IMG/VR virus record: IMGVR_UViG_3300043811_000226
Direction: 5' to 3' (one strand)
Length of the DNA stretch: 64,000 nt
DNA from: a virus
Of this stretch, positions 1-10,300 are shown piece after piece. The notes under the pieces are model-generated. The model had not been told where the DNA came from, did not search any database, and was given only the letters and a program-made list of their open reading frames with translations. Made by a program: the position numbers and the translations under genes. How positions within the stretch are numbered: position 1 is the stretch's first letter; each line of letters starts with the position of its first letter.

Positions 1-17
1 CAGTGCCTCCACGTTTC

Positions 18-290
18 TTATACCCGCCGGGTACGTACAACCTGCGGTCGGCGCTTGCCGGCCGAGTCGTACCACTTGCCCTTGAGCAGGCCTAGCTTCT
101 TCGCTTCGTTGTGCCGCCAGCCGTGGCACCACTTCACCTCACGGCGCCAGCCCTGCCCACTACGCCGCGCCGTGCAGTTCTCCTTGGGCTTGGCTCCACA
201 GACAGGGCACTGCACGCGGCGCACGCGCTCTAGCAGCTCCACCCTGTACTCGGCGAGCTTCAAGCAAAGCCAGCGGGACATGAGAGCCAT
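18..290 (-). CDS. small Zn-ribbon-like hypothetical protein
   Basis: CPVC..C..CH..RH cluster; start moved to the ATG at 290; stop codon overlaps a promoter-like motif. Confidence 0.45.
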   Translation of the reverse strand: MALMSRWLCLKLAEYRVELLERVRRVQCPVCGAKPKENCTARRSGQGWRREVKWCHGWRHNEAKKLGLLKGKWYDSAGKRRPQVVRTRRV

Positions 291-458
291 CAGCGGTAGT
301 GTCTGCGGCCACACCCACAGACGATGACGCGGTCCGCTTCGCAGAGGCGTTTGCGCAGACGGCCCTTGCCAGTCGGCGGACCCCACGAGTGCAGCCGCCT
401 GCACTTGCCGCAGAGAAAGCGTCTGGAGCCACGAGGGTCGTGGTTCTCGTAGTTCAAC

Positions 459-719
459 TCACCAGGTCTTTGCACGGATGGTCCAGCCCTTCTTCTTGAG
501 CCAGGCATCGAGCTCTTGCCAGCTCGCCGTTGTGCCCCGGTCAGAGGCCTCAGGGTTATCCCGGAAGTACAGGTCGTAGACCTCGAAGAACTTCATCACG
601 CCCGGCGAGGAGCGGCCGCGTACCGAAGGCGGCTGCTCGCCCTTGAGGTTGAGCGTCCCATCAGAGTGACGGGCCTCGAGGATGACCGTCTGATTGCTCT
701 GATACGGCTGCATGCTCAT
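459..719 (-). CDS. hypothetical phage protein
   Basis: Coupled to neighbours by ATGA-type overlap. Confidence 0.5.
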   Translation of the reverse strand: MSMQPYQSNQTVILEARHSDGTLNLKGEQPPSVRGRSSPGVMKFFEVYDLYFRDNPEASDRGTTASWQELDAWLKKKGWTIRAKTW

Positions 720-907
720 GCAGCCTTCTCCGGCTTCACGCACTCCGGGCACTGCACCATCCCATAGAGGCCGTGCCCGAAGGCGTCGACCTCGATGGCG
801 AGCGCGGTGCCGTCGGTGAAGTAGAAGCGCGTGACGTTGATGGCGTCCGCCACCACGCGCTTGATGGTTTTGCCTTCCCAGTCCTTCGGGTTGATCTCGA
901 CGTGCAT
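716..907 (-). CDS. hypothetical phage protein
   Basis: Tightly packed in operon; C-terminal CPEC. Confidence 0.55.
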   Translation of the reverse strand: MHVEINPKDWEGKTIKRVVADAINVTRFYFTDGTALAIEVDAFGHGLYGMVQCPECVKPEKAA

Positions 908-1273
908 CTACTTCTTCCTCGCCTTGACCTTCTTGCCGTACTCGTGGCGAAGCCGCCGCTTCAGGAGCGCGACCTCCTGCTCCAGACGGAAGTTGTCCTC
1001 CATCACCTTCATGTTCCGCTTGCCCGCTTCGTCGGCGCGTTCCTTCTCACCGTCGAAAGCGCGTCGTAGTTCGCGCTTCTCTGCCTCGGCCACCTCGGCG
1101 CGCAGCTCGGCAGCAATCTCCTTCGCCTTCGAGATGGAGATCTTTGTCCCCTTCCGAAGTCCGCCGTACTCGAACGGGATGCACCAGATGCTTTCGGGTG
1201 GCTCCTTCGGCTCATGCAGCGGGCTCCTGAAGTCGAGCCGCGCTGCCATCTCGTCTGACGTCAACACTTCCAT
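908..1273 (-). CDS. hypothetical coiled-coil protein
   Basis: RBS GAGGAG upstream of the ATG at 1273. Confidence 0.55.
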   Translation of the reverse strand: MEVLTSDEMAARLDFRSPLHEPKEPPESIWCIPFEYGGLRKGTKISISKAKEIAAELRAEVAEAEKRELRRAFDGEKERADEAGKRNMKVMEDNFRLEQEVALLKRRLRHEYGKKVKARKK

Positions 1274-1335
1274 GTTAGTTCTCCTCGAAGTACCCCGAAG
1301 GCGCTCCACCGCGAGTACCAGGTCTATGGCCCTCC

Positions 1336-2166
1336 TCAAAAGAGCTTCCAGGGCGGGAGGTCCGAGAGGAACCCCGCCGCCTTCTTGTGCCCACCACCAC
1401 CGTAGATCTTGGCGATGTCCGAGACGTCGACCGCGCTCGACTCACTCGCGCGGAGCGAGTAGACGAACTTGCCGTCGGCGCGGTGGTACCAGCCCACCGA
1501 GAAGGCCTGGTTCTGGGCGAGGTGCTGAAGCAGCTCGCTGATGTTGATGTACGGCGCATTGACGATGGGCATGTGCGAGCCGCAGATGGTGACCTTCTGC
1601 ACGATGGCGGACATCTCCTCGACGTAGCGGTCGAGGGCGGTGAGCACGGCGCGTCCACTCTCGATAGCGCGCTGTAGGCCGTCACTATCGAGGCGGTCCC
1701 AGTCCTCGAAGCTCGTGCGCTTCTGCACGCCGATCCAGGCGTTGGCTTCCTTGGAGCCTGGGAGTAAGAACTTCCAGAGGTCCCGGTCTTCGACGTAGTT
1801 GACGAGCCACGGTCGGTGCGTCCGTGCGATAGGGAACGTGTGGTACTGGTCCCATGCGAGACCGGCGCCTGAACGGCCCATGTCAAAGTGCGCGAAGTCG
1901 AGGCCATAGAGCTCCTTCTCGGCCGTCTTGTGATGATCGAGGACGATGATGTGCTCGGCCTTGCGGTGCATCTCCTCGAGCACAGACCGCTTGTACGAGA
2001 AGTCGACGATGATGACGTCCTTGTGGGTTACATCGGGAGGTGCGTCACCGTAGCGCGCCGGGATGTACTCGGCCTGGTTGCCAAACTTGCGCCACACAGC
2101 CCACGCTGCCGTGAAGCCGTCGATGCAATCACCGTGGTAGATGCAGACGATGTTCTTGTCGGTCAT
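1336..2166 (-). CDS. DHH/DHHA1 phosphoesterase (NrnB-like oligoribonuclease family)
   Basis: YHGDCIDG, VDFSY, LDHHKTA, VEDRDLW, YSLR and GGGGHKKAAGF motifs; start at MTDKNIV. Confidence 0.9.
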   Translation of the reverse strand: MTDKNIVCIYHGDCIDGFTAAWAVWRKFGNQAEYIPARYGDAPPDVTHKDVIIVDFSYKRSVLEEMHRKAEHIIVLDHHKTAEKELYGLDFAHFDMGRSGAGLAWDQYHTFPIARTHRPWLVNYVEDRDLWKFLLPGSKEANAWIGVQKRTSFEDWDRLDSDGLQRAIESGRAVLTALDRYVEEMSAIVQKVTICGSHMPIVNAPYINISELLQHLAQNQAFSVGWYHRADGKFVYSLRASESSAVDVSDIAKIYGGGGHKKAAGFLSDLPPWKLF

Positions 2167-2170
2167 GTGG

Positions 2171-2467
2171 TCACCTCTGAGTTTTGTCTCCGCGGCCGGC
2201 AGGGCAGATTGTGCACGTCGCACGGCCTTCGATCACATCCACTTCACGCGCCGTCTTGGCGACCTGGTCGCAGTTCGCGCACTGCCCGACGGTACCCCAA
2301 GACTGCTCGCGCAGTTGATTGGGTCCCATCTTGTGCCCAAGCAAGGTTGCTACGTACATCACGCCGCGCCTGCGCGCCTGATAGTTTGCCCCTCGTAGCT
2401 CCAAGAGCGTACTGCGCGCAGCGTCGAGTAGGTTCTTCTCCTGCTGTTCTACCGGTACTGGCATCAC
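2171..2467 (-). CDS. hypothetical protein with CxxC motifs
   Basis: ORF track, operon packing. Confidence 0.45.
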   Translation of the reverse strand: MMPVPVEQQEKNLLDAARSTLLELRGANYQARRRGVMYVATLLGHKMGPNQLREQSWGTVGQCANCDQVAKTAREVDVIEGRATCTICPAGRGDKTQR

Positions 2468-2880
2468 AACGCTTGCCCGGCCATCAGCTTCGCGCGGTTC
2501 GTGATGGTCTCGTTGCTCGGCAGCGGGCCAACGAACGCGAAGCGGTACACCTTCGATTCGCCGCCGGCGGCTCCCTCGTTGGGGATCGTCAGGATGTCGA
2601 GCCAGCCGTCCTGGTCGCCTTCCCAGCCCAGAAGCGGGCGTACGTTCGGGCCGCCGTAGGTATGGCTGATGTAGACGACCATCGGCCGGCGCGCGTCGTG
2701 GTGCGTCGCAAGGAAGAGCGCCGTGTAAAGTCCCCCCTTGTAGTGCCTCCAGAGACCAGGCTTGAAGTTCGCCACGGCTCTTCCTACTTCGTCCATGTAG
2801 TCCTCCTTCTCGCGCACCTTGCGCTGTTGTTCACACTCGTCTTCACAGCTGCACGGAAACCCGGTCACAGGGCAACGCAT
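2464..2880 (-). CDS. DUF1653-like protein
   Basis: WRHYKGGLY...MVVY...VRP motif. Confidence 0.75.
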   Translation of the reverse strand: MRCPVTGFPCSCEDECEQQRKVREKEDYMDEVGRAVANFKPGLWRHYKGGLYTALFLATHHDARRPMVVYISHTYGGPNVRPLLGWEGDQDGWLDILTIPNEGAAGGESKVYRFAFVGPLPSNETITNRAKLMAGQAL

Positions 2881-3123
2881 CTACTTGCCTCCCTTCTTCT
2901 TATTCCGCGCTAGCGGCACATCTACGAAGCGCGTCTCCTTCTTCACGAGGCGCATCGGCTTGCCGCAGTGCATGAACACGTGGTCCTTGGGCCGGTCCCA
3001 GTAGTCGCCGGCGTGCGCCGAGTTCTGCTCGAAGCACTCGTCGCAGAGCAGCATGATCTGCGAGTTGATGCCCAGTAGGTCGGGCAGGTCCTGCACACGT
3101 ACGCCCTTGTCATTTTCCGCCAC
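2881..3123 (-). CDS. small Zn-binding hypothetical protein
   Basis: CDEC...HCGKPM. Confidence 0.55.
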   Translation of the reverse strand: MAENDKGVRVQDLPDLLGINSQIMLLCDECFEQNSAHAGDYWDRPKDHVFMHCGKPMRLVKKETRFVDVPLARNKKKGGK

Positions 3124-3340
3124 GGACCTCCACCCTTTCTGGTTTCTCTAGTTCCGTGCGTTTCGCTTGCACGCAGTTCGGGCAGCGCCACCCGTGCTCC
3201 TTGCTGAAAGACCAGCCGCTTCTCCTTGCAAGCTTGGCCATGTGCGCCTTATCTCGCGCATTGTCGCGCTGGTCCCATTGCCCGCAGACGCCGCACCAGA
3301 CGGTGTACTGCCTCGAGATGTAGCCCTTGTACTCGCTCAC
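3110..3340 (-). CDS. small Zn-finger hypothetical protein
   Basis: CGVC...GW...CPNC. Confidence 0.6.
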   Translation of the reverse strand: MSEYKGYISRQYTVWCGVCGQWDQRDNARDKAHMAKLARRSGWSFSKEHGWRCPNCVQAKRTELEKPERVEVRGGK

Positions 3341-3822
3341 GCGAGCACCTTGCCCAGGTACTGCACTGCGTCCTGCATCGACTGGAAGATGCGCACAGGC
3401 ACCGTGAGCATCAAGTTGTCGATGAGGCCGAAGTCCTCGACCTCGTGCAAGTCATTCATGTTCAAGGCAGTGAAGCGTTCTTTGTACGTGCTCGTATCCG
3501 AGCAGTAGCCGGCTATGGGCATACCACGCGCGTACCCGTAGCCCATCTCCCACGCTGTGCCGACGTCCATAGAAGGTCCTCGAAAGGCCTCCATGTTCGC
3601 AAGCATGCCGTGACAGCTGTTGATGAACCGAACATTGGCCATGAAGATCTGCGCGGCCATCAGGTGTGGCACCTTGATGTTGTCGAGGACCGCGTCGAGA
3701 GGGAACACGCCCTCCAGGCCGCGAGTAGTACACTCGTCCTTGATGGTCTTCGCGTGCTCCTTCGCGTTCCTGAAGAAGACGTCCGGTCCTGCTAGGTAGA
3801 TGCGCTTCATTGTCTTGTCCAT
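3337..3822 (-). CDS. nucleoside 2-deoxyribosyltransferase family protein
   Basis: IYLAGPDVF, FPLD, D-x-GTAWEMGYGYARGMP motifs; AGGAG RBS before 3822. Confidence 0.9.
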   Translation of the reverse strand: MDKTMKRIYLAGPDVFFRNAKEHAKTIKDECTTRGLEGVFPLDAVLDNIKVPHLMAAQIFMANVRFINSCHGMLANMEAFRGPSMDVGTAWEMGYGYARGMPIAGYCSDTSTYKERFTALNMNDLHEVEDFGLIDNLMLTVPVRIFQSMQDAVQYLGKVLA

Positions 3823-3845
3823 CGCTCTGCTCCTGTCACTGCGGC

Positions 3846-3854
3846 TGGTATCAT
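3846..3854 (+). promoter_or_regulatory. extended -10 (TGgTATCAT), probably leaderless
   Basis: 8 nt upstream of the ATG at 3863; no SD. Confidence 0.45.
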
Positions 3855-3862
3855 CAGCGCCC

Positions 3863-4291
3863 ATGAAGATTCTTCTCGTGGAGGACGACGCCAACTTCCG
3901 GCGCGCCTTGGTACGCCTGCTTGAAGAAGCGGGCCACACGGTGTGCTACGCGCCGCGATTCTCGGACGCGATGCTGCATCTGGTCAACGAGAAGGACCTC
4001 GACATCGTCCTTCTCGACATCATCCTCGGGGAGAACGAGCTCACGGGGCTCGATGTCGCCCGCGCGATGCGTGAGCACGAGGCGTGGCGTCGCATCCCCG
4101 TCATCGTCACGAGCACGCTCCGGCCCACCGTCGTACGCACGCGCGCCAGTACGTACGCCTTCGATGGGCTGAAGTGCGTCATGCTCGAGAAGACCGACTT
4201 CGCCGGCAACTTCGAGCTGCTGCTTGAGACCATGACGAAGATGGTCAGTCCACCGTCTGAACCACAAGCTCCTCCGGACTCGGATCCTTAG
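3863..4291 (+). CDS. stand-alone CheY-like response regulator receiver domain
   Basis: MKILLVEDD, DIVLLDIIL (phospho-Asp), GLDVA, IPVIVTS, terminal K motif; opposite strand to neighbours. Confidence 0.88.
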   Translation: MKILLVEDDANFRRALVRLLEEAGHTVCYAPRFSDAMLHLVNEKDLDIVLLDIILGENELTGLDVARAMREHEAWRRIPVIVTSTLRPTVVRTRASTYAFDGLKCVMLEKTDFAGNFELLLETMTKMVSPPSEPQAPPDSDP

Positions 4292-5113
4292 CCCCGCTCG
4301 ACCTTCACCCGCACCTTCGCACCGAGCGGGTAGAAGCCGAGCTCGTCACGCGGAATGAAGAGTGAGACTCCGCGGTGCATCTTGCCTCCCAACTTCTCGC
4401 CTACGAGGTCGATGCGACTCGTGCCGCGCGCCGCTTCATCGAAGGCAACGCCACCAGCCACCTTGTACTCCCCCAGTGAGGTCACAACGAACGGCGTCTC
4501 GGGCGCCGGCTTCTTCTTGGTCTTCTTAGCTTGCTTGCCCATCACTTCTCCTTTGGCTTGCGCGCTCGGCGCACCAGCATGACCTCGTCGCCGTAGATGT
4601 GCACGACGTAGTCCGCCTTCTCGTGCTGCGCCTCGTACACCTCATTACCGATGAGAAAGCCTCGCAGGTTCTTGACGATCTTGTACTTGCCGCCACGCAG
4701 CCCAGTCTTTCTTGGAATGCCGGGGCGCGTCTTGACGATGTCGCCATGCCTGAACGACTGCTTCTTCACTCGCTTGGTGGCCATCACCCCTCCTTTCGCA
4801 GCAGTGGCTTGCCGAAAATGAGATCCTCGCGCGTCATCCCGAGCTCCTTACACACCCGGTCTAGTGCCTTCTGCTGGTTCTCTCCCACCTTGATGGCAGC
4901 TTCCAGCGCACCCCGGTTGATGGCACGGCTCTGTGCGAGCTCCTCACGCAACGCAGCCAGCTCCGCCTCAAGCTGCTTCGAGTAGGCGTAGTAGGACTGC
5001 ACGTCGAGGCAGACGTCGCAGTAGCGCTGCATGGCACCGTCCTTCCAGACGTGCTTCCCAGGCTCACACTGCTTTACTCGTTCGGTGGCCATCGCCAGGT
5101 GTTCTCCTTCCAC
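4288..5113 (-). other. three small hypothetical CDSs (4288-4545, 4542-4787, 4784-5113)
   Basis: 4-nt overlaps typical of translational coupling. Confidence 0.55.
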
Positions 5114-5778
5114 TCGTTCTCCGGAGCCTCATACAATTCGAGTGTCTTGAGCTGCATGGGATGGTCCTCTGGCGCGAAGAAGACCTGCACAGCAATCTGC
5201 CCCTCATCCTTCTGGATCACGCGCGCTGGTCCGACGCGCGTCACGATAGCCGGGCGGATGCTGAGCGCACTACGGCCTGTTAGCACCATCACATGGACGA
5301 TGTTGCCGATCCTAGGCTTTCGCGACTTCGCGAAGGTGTAGCTTCCTACCCACGGCTTCTTTGTCACCAGGTCTGCCGGTGGAGCGTCTGCGCGCACGTG
5401 GGCTGCGAAGTCACGGACGTCCTTGATGAAGGCCTTCTCGGACGCGAGGTCGTCCTCGTCGTGGTCGCAGTCGGCCACGATGACCGACATCGCGTCCTCG
5501 AGGCGAGAGGCACACTGCTCAAGGAACAGAGCGATGTCCTCCTTCAGAGGACCGGGCATTTTGTTCTCTGGCTCGTCGCGCTTCAACTCCCTGATGTCGC
5601 CAGCCAAGCAGTGCCCGGCCACAATGTCCCGCCGCTCAACAAGCTGCGCCGCCTTCTCGATCGCGTCGTTCCAAGTGTCGTCCACAAGCTGCGAGAAGAG
5701 TCTGGCAGTCTGTCGTCGAGCTTCCTCATTAGGTATGAACCCGAGCCAGTGCATGTACACTTTTTCTACGTCATTCAT
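5074..5778 (-). CDS. hypothetical multi-domain phage protein
   Basis: Start moved to MNDVEKVY; C-terminal PRIGNIVH...RPAIVT...W-R-W-P segment. Confidence 0.55.
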   Translation of the reverse strand: MNDVEKVYMHWLGFIPNEEARRQTARLFSQLVDDTWNDAIEKAAQLVERRDIVAGHCLAGDIRELKRDEPENKMPGPLKEDIALFLEQCASRLEDAMSVIVADCDHDEDDLASEKAFIKDVRDFAAHVRADAPPADLVTKKPWVGSYTFAKSRKPRIGNIVHVMVLTGRSALSIRPAIVTRVGPARVIQKDEGQIAVQVFFAPEDHPMQLKTLELYEAPENEWKENTWRWPPNE

Positions 5779-6170
5779 GGTGTCAGGTCCTTCAGGTCGT
5801 ACCCGCAGAACGGGCAGTAGTTGATAGTGAGGTAGCTGTTGCCACCGTCTTTGATGGGCATGCCGTAACCAATGCGGCGGTCGAGGTCGTAGCGCGGCAC
5901 GATGAGGATATCCGGGCACTGGCTGCGAGCTGAATACATGTGGTGCCTACAGTCCGGCATCTTGAGCTGCTTCTCCATCTGGTCGCAGCAGTACTTCTTC
6001 GCAGAGCCAACCTCGCGCACTTTGCAAATGCAGGCCGTGAAGCGCCCACCACCGTCTTCCCGGTAGAACGAGTACTCGCCGAGTGGCTCGCCCTTGGTGA
6101 TGCGGAACTCGACTGCTGCCTTCACCCACACGCCGCCTACTTCTACTTCAACGACGACGCCCTTCTTCAT
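5775..6170 (-). CDS. hypothetical Cys-rich protein
   Basis: YCCDQM...INYCPFCG. Confidence 0.6.
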   Translation of the reverse strand: MKKGVVVEVEVGGVWVKAAVEFRITKGEPLGEYSFYREDGGGRFTACICKVREVGSAKKYCCDQMEKQLKMPDCRHHMYSARSQCPDILIVPRYDLDRRIGYGMPIKDGGNSYLTINYCPFCGYDLKDLTP

Positions 6171-6181
6171 GTTGTTCTCCT

Positions 6182-6571
6182 TCAGCCGTACGTCCGGTAG
6201 CCGTGGATGAACATCGGCTTCTCGTCAGCGCGTGCGATCATCGTGTCCGAGAACGTCACGCGCCAGATGCGCTCCACGGGAAGACCTGTCTCGATGTTCC
6301 AGAGGATGGCGATGCTCTGGACAGGCAGGTCGTACGCATGCAGCGCAGCGAGCGCACGAAAGCCCTCGGCATCGCTCCATCCTCTCGGCGGGATGTCTAC
6401 CGTCGGTTCTGCGTAGGAGTGCCCCTTGCCACCCTCACACGACTGGCAGGTGTAGATGCCTGCTGCGTGCAGCACCCTCACCGCGAAGCGAATGCCCTTG
6501 TCGAGCCCCTTGTAGAAGTTCTCCGGCTCCATGATGTCACGCATCACGGTCTTCACCGCTTTGGTCGCCAT
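6182..6571 (-). CDS. conserved hypothetical phage protein
   Basis: LDKGI..AVRVL..AGIYTCQSCEG; GGAGG RBS; preceded by the promoter motif. Confidence 0.65.
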   Translation of the reverse strand: MATKAVKTVMRDIMEPENFYKGLDKGIRFAVRVLHAAGIYTCQSCEGGKGHSYAEPTVDIPPRGWSDAEGFRALAALHAYDLPVQSIAILWNIETGLPVERIWRVTFSDTMIARADEKPMFIHGYRTYG

Positions 6572-6587
6572 GTTGTTCCTCCGTGGT

Positions 6588-6617
6588 TCTTATGCCGCGG
6601 AGGCTACGACTACTTGT
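6588..6617 (-). promoter_or_regulatory. phage bipartite promoter-like motif
   Basis: ACAAG-N-CGCGGCATAAGA on the minus strand. Confidence 0.6.
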
Positions 6618-7137
6618 CTTCGCGCATGGCGTCCAGGCAGCGCTCGACCTCTTTCATCTGCGCGACGTTGCCCTCGAAGATGGCGCGCAGCGCCTGAACG
6701 GGAGGCCCTGCCACATCACCGCCGCGGTCATGCAATTCGCACCCTTTTCGAATGACCGGAGGCTTGTCCCACAAGCGGCAGCCGCACGGCAGGTCGGGTG
6801 GTAGAGGCCGCGGCCCCAAGCCCTCGCGCCCAGGCCCAGAGACCAGCGCCTCAGGGTTCTTCTTGATCTCCTCGAGCTCCTTCTTGGACTGCGTGAGGAG
6901 CTTGTTCTTGCTCACCGTCACGTGAGGCACACCATCGGGGCCGACCGAGACGTTGACTGGCCCTAGCTCCGACATCTCGCTCAGCTTGCGATTGAGCAGA
7001 CGGTTGAATGCCTTCTGCTTGCGTCGCCCGTGACGGTTGCCGTTGGGCTGCGTCTGCGTCGAGAGCTTCGCTTCTTCCTGTGCGTTCGCCGTGGTCTCAG
7101 TGAGGTATGTGAGCGCGCGAACACTACGAGTCTTCAT
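6610..7137 (-). CDS. hypothetical protein
   Basis: ORF track, RBS GGAG. Confidence 0.55.
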   Translation of the reverse strand: MKTRSVRALTYLTETTANAQEEAKLSTQTQPNGNRHGRRKQKAFNRLLNRKLSEMSELGPVNVSVGPDGVPHVTVSKNKLLTQSKKELEEIKKNPEALVSGPGREGLGPRPLPPDLPCGCRLWDKPPVIRKGCELHDRGGDVAGPPVQALRAIFEGNVAQMKEVERCLDAMREDK

Positions 7138-7376
7138 GGGGTCGACTCCTTCACTGCGGGCTTTAGCCAGACCACCCGCGAGGCTTCAGTCTCAGGGATC
7201 ACGTAGTACCCGAAGGAACCGCACTCCCTGCACCAGAAAGCACACCCACCATCGTTGATCGTCCTCACCCCCTCCGTGATGACCATGCTGTAACCCTCGA
7301 TGTGGAGGATGCCCGGCCTGTCCGTAGGCTCTCCTTCAACGCCGCGGTTGTTCTCTTTCTCATGGGCGCATGCCAT
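7134..7376 (-). CDS. small hypothetical protein
   Basis: AGGAG RBS, CREC motif. Confidence 0.55.
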   Translation of the reverse strand: MACAHEKENNRGVEGEPTDRPGILHIEGYSMVITEGVRTINDGGCAFWCRECGSFGYYVIPETEASRVVWLKPAVKESTP

Positions 7377-7385
7377 GTTCTTCTC

Positions 7386-10300
7386 CTACTGCTTGCCCGA
7401 CCCTGTCGAGCCAGTGGTTGTTCCAAAGGTGCTCGGCTCCCCGAAGTCCGTCGGTGGATCGACAGGAGCCCCAGGGATGGCCTCGTTCAAGTCCGAGCCC
7501 GTGAACTCGAAGTCCGGCGAGGCTGCGGACGTGAGGAGCTGGCTGTTCTGCGTCTCCGGCCTGTTGATCTTGCGCACCGGCAGGTCGTTCATCGCCACCG
7601 CGCGCGTGGCCGACTGGAAGGCGCCGGCGTAGCTCGCCTCCTCAGCCGTGAGGTTGAAGAACGTGGAGAACTGCCCTTGCAAGAGCAGGTCGTTCGCGCG
7701 GTCGCTGCCCTTCTGGGCGAAGCTCTGGATGAGGGTATCGACAGCGGGGATGGGTTCCACGGTGTACGTCTGCACGATGCTGTCGAGCGCTTGGCTCGGG
7801 TCCTGGCTCTGCGCAGTAGCCGCTGCCGCCGTCAGGAACACGAAGAGCGACTGCAGCATGTTGTACGCCGCGGCGACCTGCAGCGCCGTCGGGTTCTGGT
7901 TGGCCAGAAGAGGGTTCACGACGCGACTGAAGTTCTCGAAGAAGAGCGGCTGGTTCACGCTGCGCGAGAGCCAGAGCTCGAAGGACGTCTGCACCGCCGT
8001 GAAGTCGTTCTTGATGCCGTGGCGCAGGCGCGCGAAGGGCACGGGCTGCACAGAGAACTGCCAGCTCGCATTGCTCGGGATGCCGAGGCCCGTGTTCTTG
8101 TCGACGCCCACCTGGATGATGTTCAGGCCGGCCACAACGTTCACGAGCTCGAAGGACAGGGTCGGCAGTGCATAGTCGGTCGGGTAGTACTCGAGGATGT
8201 CGCCAGCCTGCAGGCCTCGAGGGAGGCTTGGCAGCTGCATCCAGGGCGTCGAGCCGACCACGGTCGTGGGCCCCGAGAAGAACAAGGTCACGGCGTTGCC
8301 GGCGATGACCAGCGCGCTCGCCGTGGTTGTGTTGAGCGACGACAAGGTTAGGTACATGTCCCCCAGGCTGGCCGTGATGGTCACGGGCTGCAGCGTCGTG
8401 CCCTGCTGCGTCTGGGGCAGGTTCTGAAGGAGGATGGCATCGATGGCCGTGTCCCCCTGGCCGCTCACGAAGTAATCGCCTGCGTTGGGCCCACCCGTGA
8501 TGGTGACCACGCGGTACTTGGTCAGGACAAGCGTGGGGCCGAACTCCGCAGACACACCAGTGCCTGCCACACCCACGAACGTGCCGTTGGCATCAATGCT
8601 GTCGCCCACCGCCAGCGTGTGCCCTGTCGCCGTCACGCCGTTGATGGTCGCGATGGTGTAGCCATTACCTGGGCTTGGCCCGCCTCGCAATGCGATGGTG
8701 TCACCCGTCGAGATGGTCCCACCCATCGTTACCGAAGTCACAACGAAGGTTACTTGCGGTCCCACGAAGGACGTCGTGCCCGTAGCTGCCGCCGTCGAGA
8801 AGGCCACATGCGTCGGTACAGTGGCATCAGTGTGCGCCGTCGCAACGGGGCCGACAGAAGGGACGGTCACAGTCCCCGCTGACACCACCTGCGTCTTGGA
8901 GTTGATGTCGTTGGCCACGACGTCGGGCGTGGTCCTTCGGCAGTTGACCACGGCGCCATTGACGAAACCCAGCGTGCTGCAAGCGTTGGTGCTCGGTGTG
9001 TCGTCACCGAAGACGCTGAGCGAGGTCTCGGGCCCGAGCTGGGTCGAGGGGCTGTCCAAGCGTACTCGCACCTTGCGATGAACGGCGCCGATCTCCACCT
9101 CCGCCCCCGGTTGGACCACCACCGTGCCCGTCACGGTGATGGAAGTAGGGGTCACCGCCGAGATGGGCAGCGGTCCGAGGGCAGCGTTGGCCCCTGACTG
9201 CACGGTCACTGTGTCCTCAGGCGCCACGCCGAGCTGCGTGAGGTCGGTCACCGGGCCACCTGTGACCGTCCACGTTGTGTTGGTGCCCGCAGGGATGTCC
9301 ATCGCCCCGGAGAACTTGAGCGGGGAGTAGTAGGCCTCGGCAACCGCACCTGCCGGAAGAACGGCCTGGATGTCCGCTGCCACCTGGTCTGCCGTACGCG
9401 TACTGTCGCCCCCTGCCGCCGACTCCTGGTTGGTGAAGCCGAGGATGCTGTTGGCCGTGCCTGGAAGAACCGTGACCGTCGTCGTAGAGCTTACGCCGAT
9501 GGTTGTAATGACCACGCGGTTGCCCACAATCGAGGCCGTACCGAACAAGGAGATGGCGGCATTGAGCTGAGCAAGCAGCGCCGTCGAGTCGGCAGGCGCC
9601 GTGAAGGAGCCCGACTCCACCGTGAGCCCATTGAAGAGGAAGCTGAAGGTCTTGCCATTGAGGGTGCCCCCTCCTCCGTACCACCCTGCCGTCGTTGTAT
9701 CGCCCGTGCCTGTCAGTACTGCGTGCGTCGGGGCGCCTGAGAGCGTGAGGGTGGCGACGTAAGTAGTACCCCCCACGTTCACCTTGACCTTGTTGTTGTT
9801 CGGGTAGGAGCCGCCAGGGCCTACTTGATGTGCCCCATCGCCGATGACGAAGGTCGAGTCGTCGCGTGAGCCATCGAGCTCCGCCATGATGGAGGGGTTC
9901 AGAACAAGGTCGAAGGGCGCCGCGCCATCCACAGTCAGATGAAGGGTGTCGCTCACGCCCGCAATGATGGCTGCGCCGCCACCGATGGTCGCTTCGGCTA
10001 GAGCCGGCACCGCCAGATGGTTCACGTCCGAGTAGGCGGTGCCGAGGCCATCGAGCGAGTAGAAGTCGCTCGGCCCGGACACCACACCGAACGTATTGAC
10101 CACCGCCTGCGTCGTCAGAAGGTTCAGTACTACTTGCCGGATGTCCGCGAGCCGCTGCGTGGGCGTCAGGCTGTTCAAGGCTGCCGCGTCTTTGCCGACG
10201 AGAGCTGCGCTGTTTGACAGGATGCTGCCCGCGACCACGCTCGGCAGGTTCATGCTGTTGTAGTCGTCGATGCCAGCAGCCAGCCCTTGTACGGTCGCCA

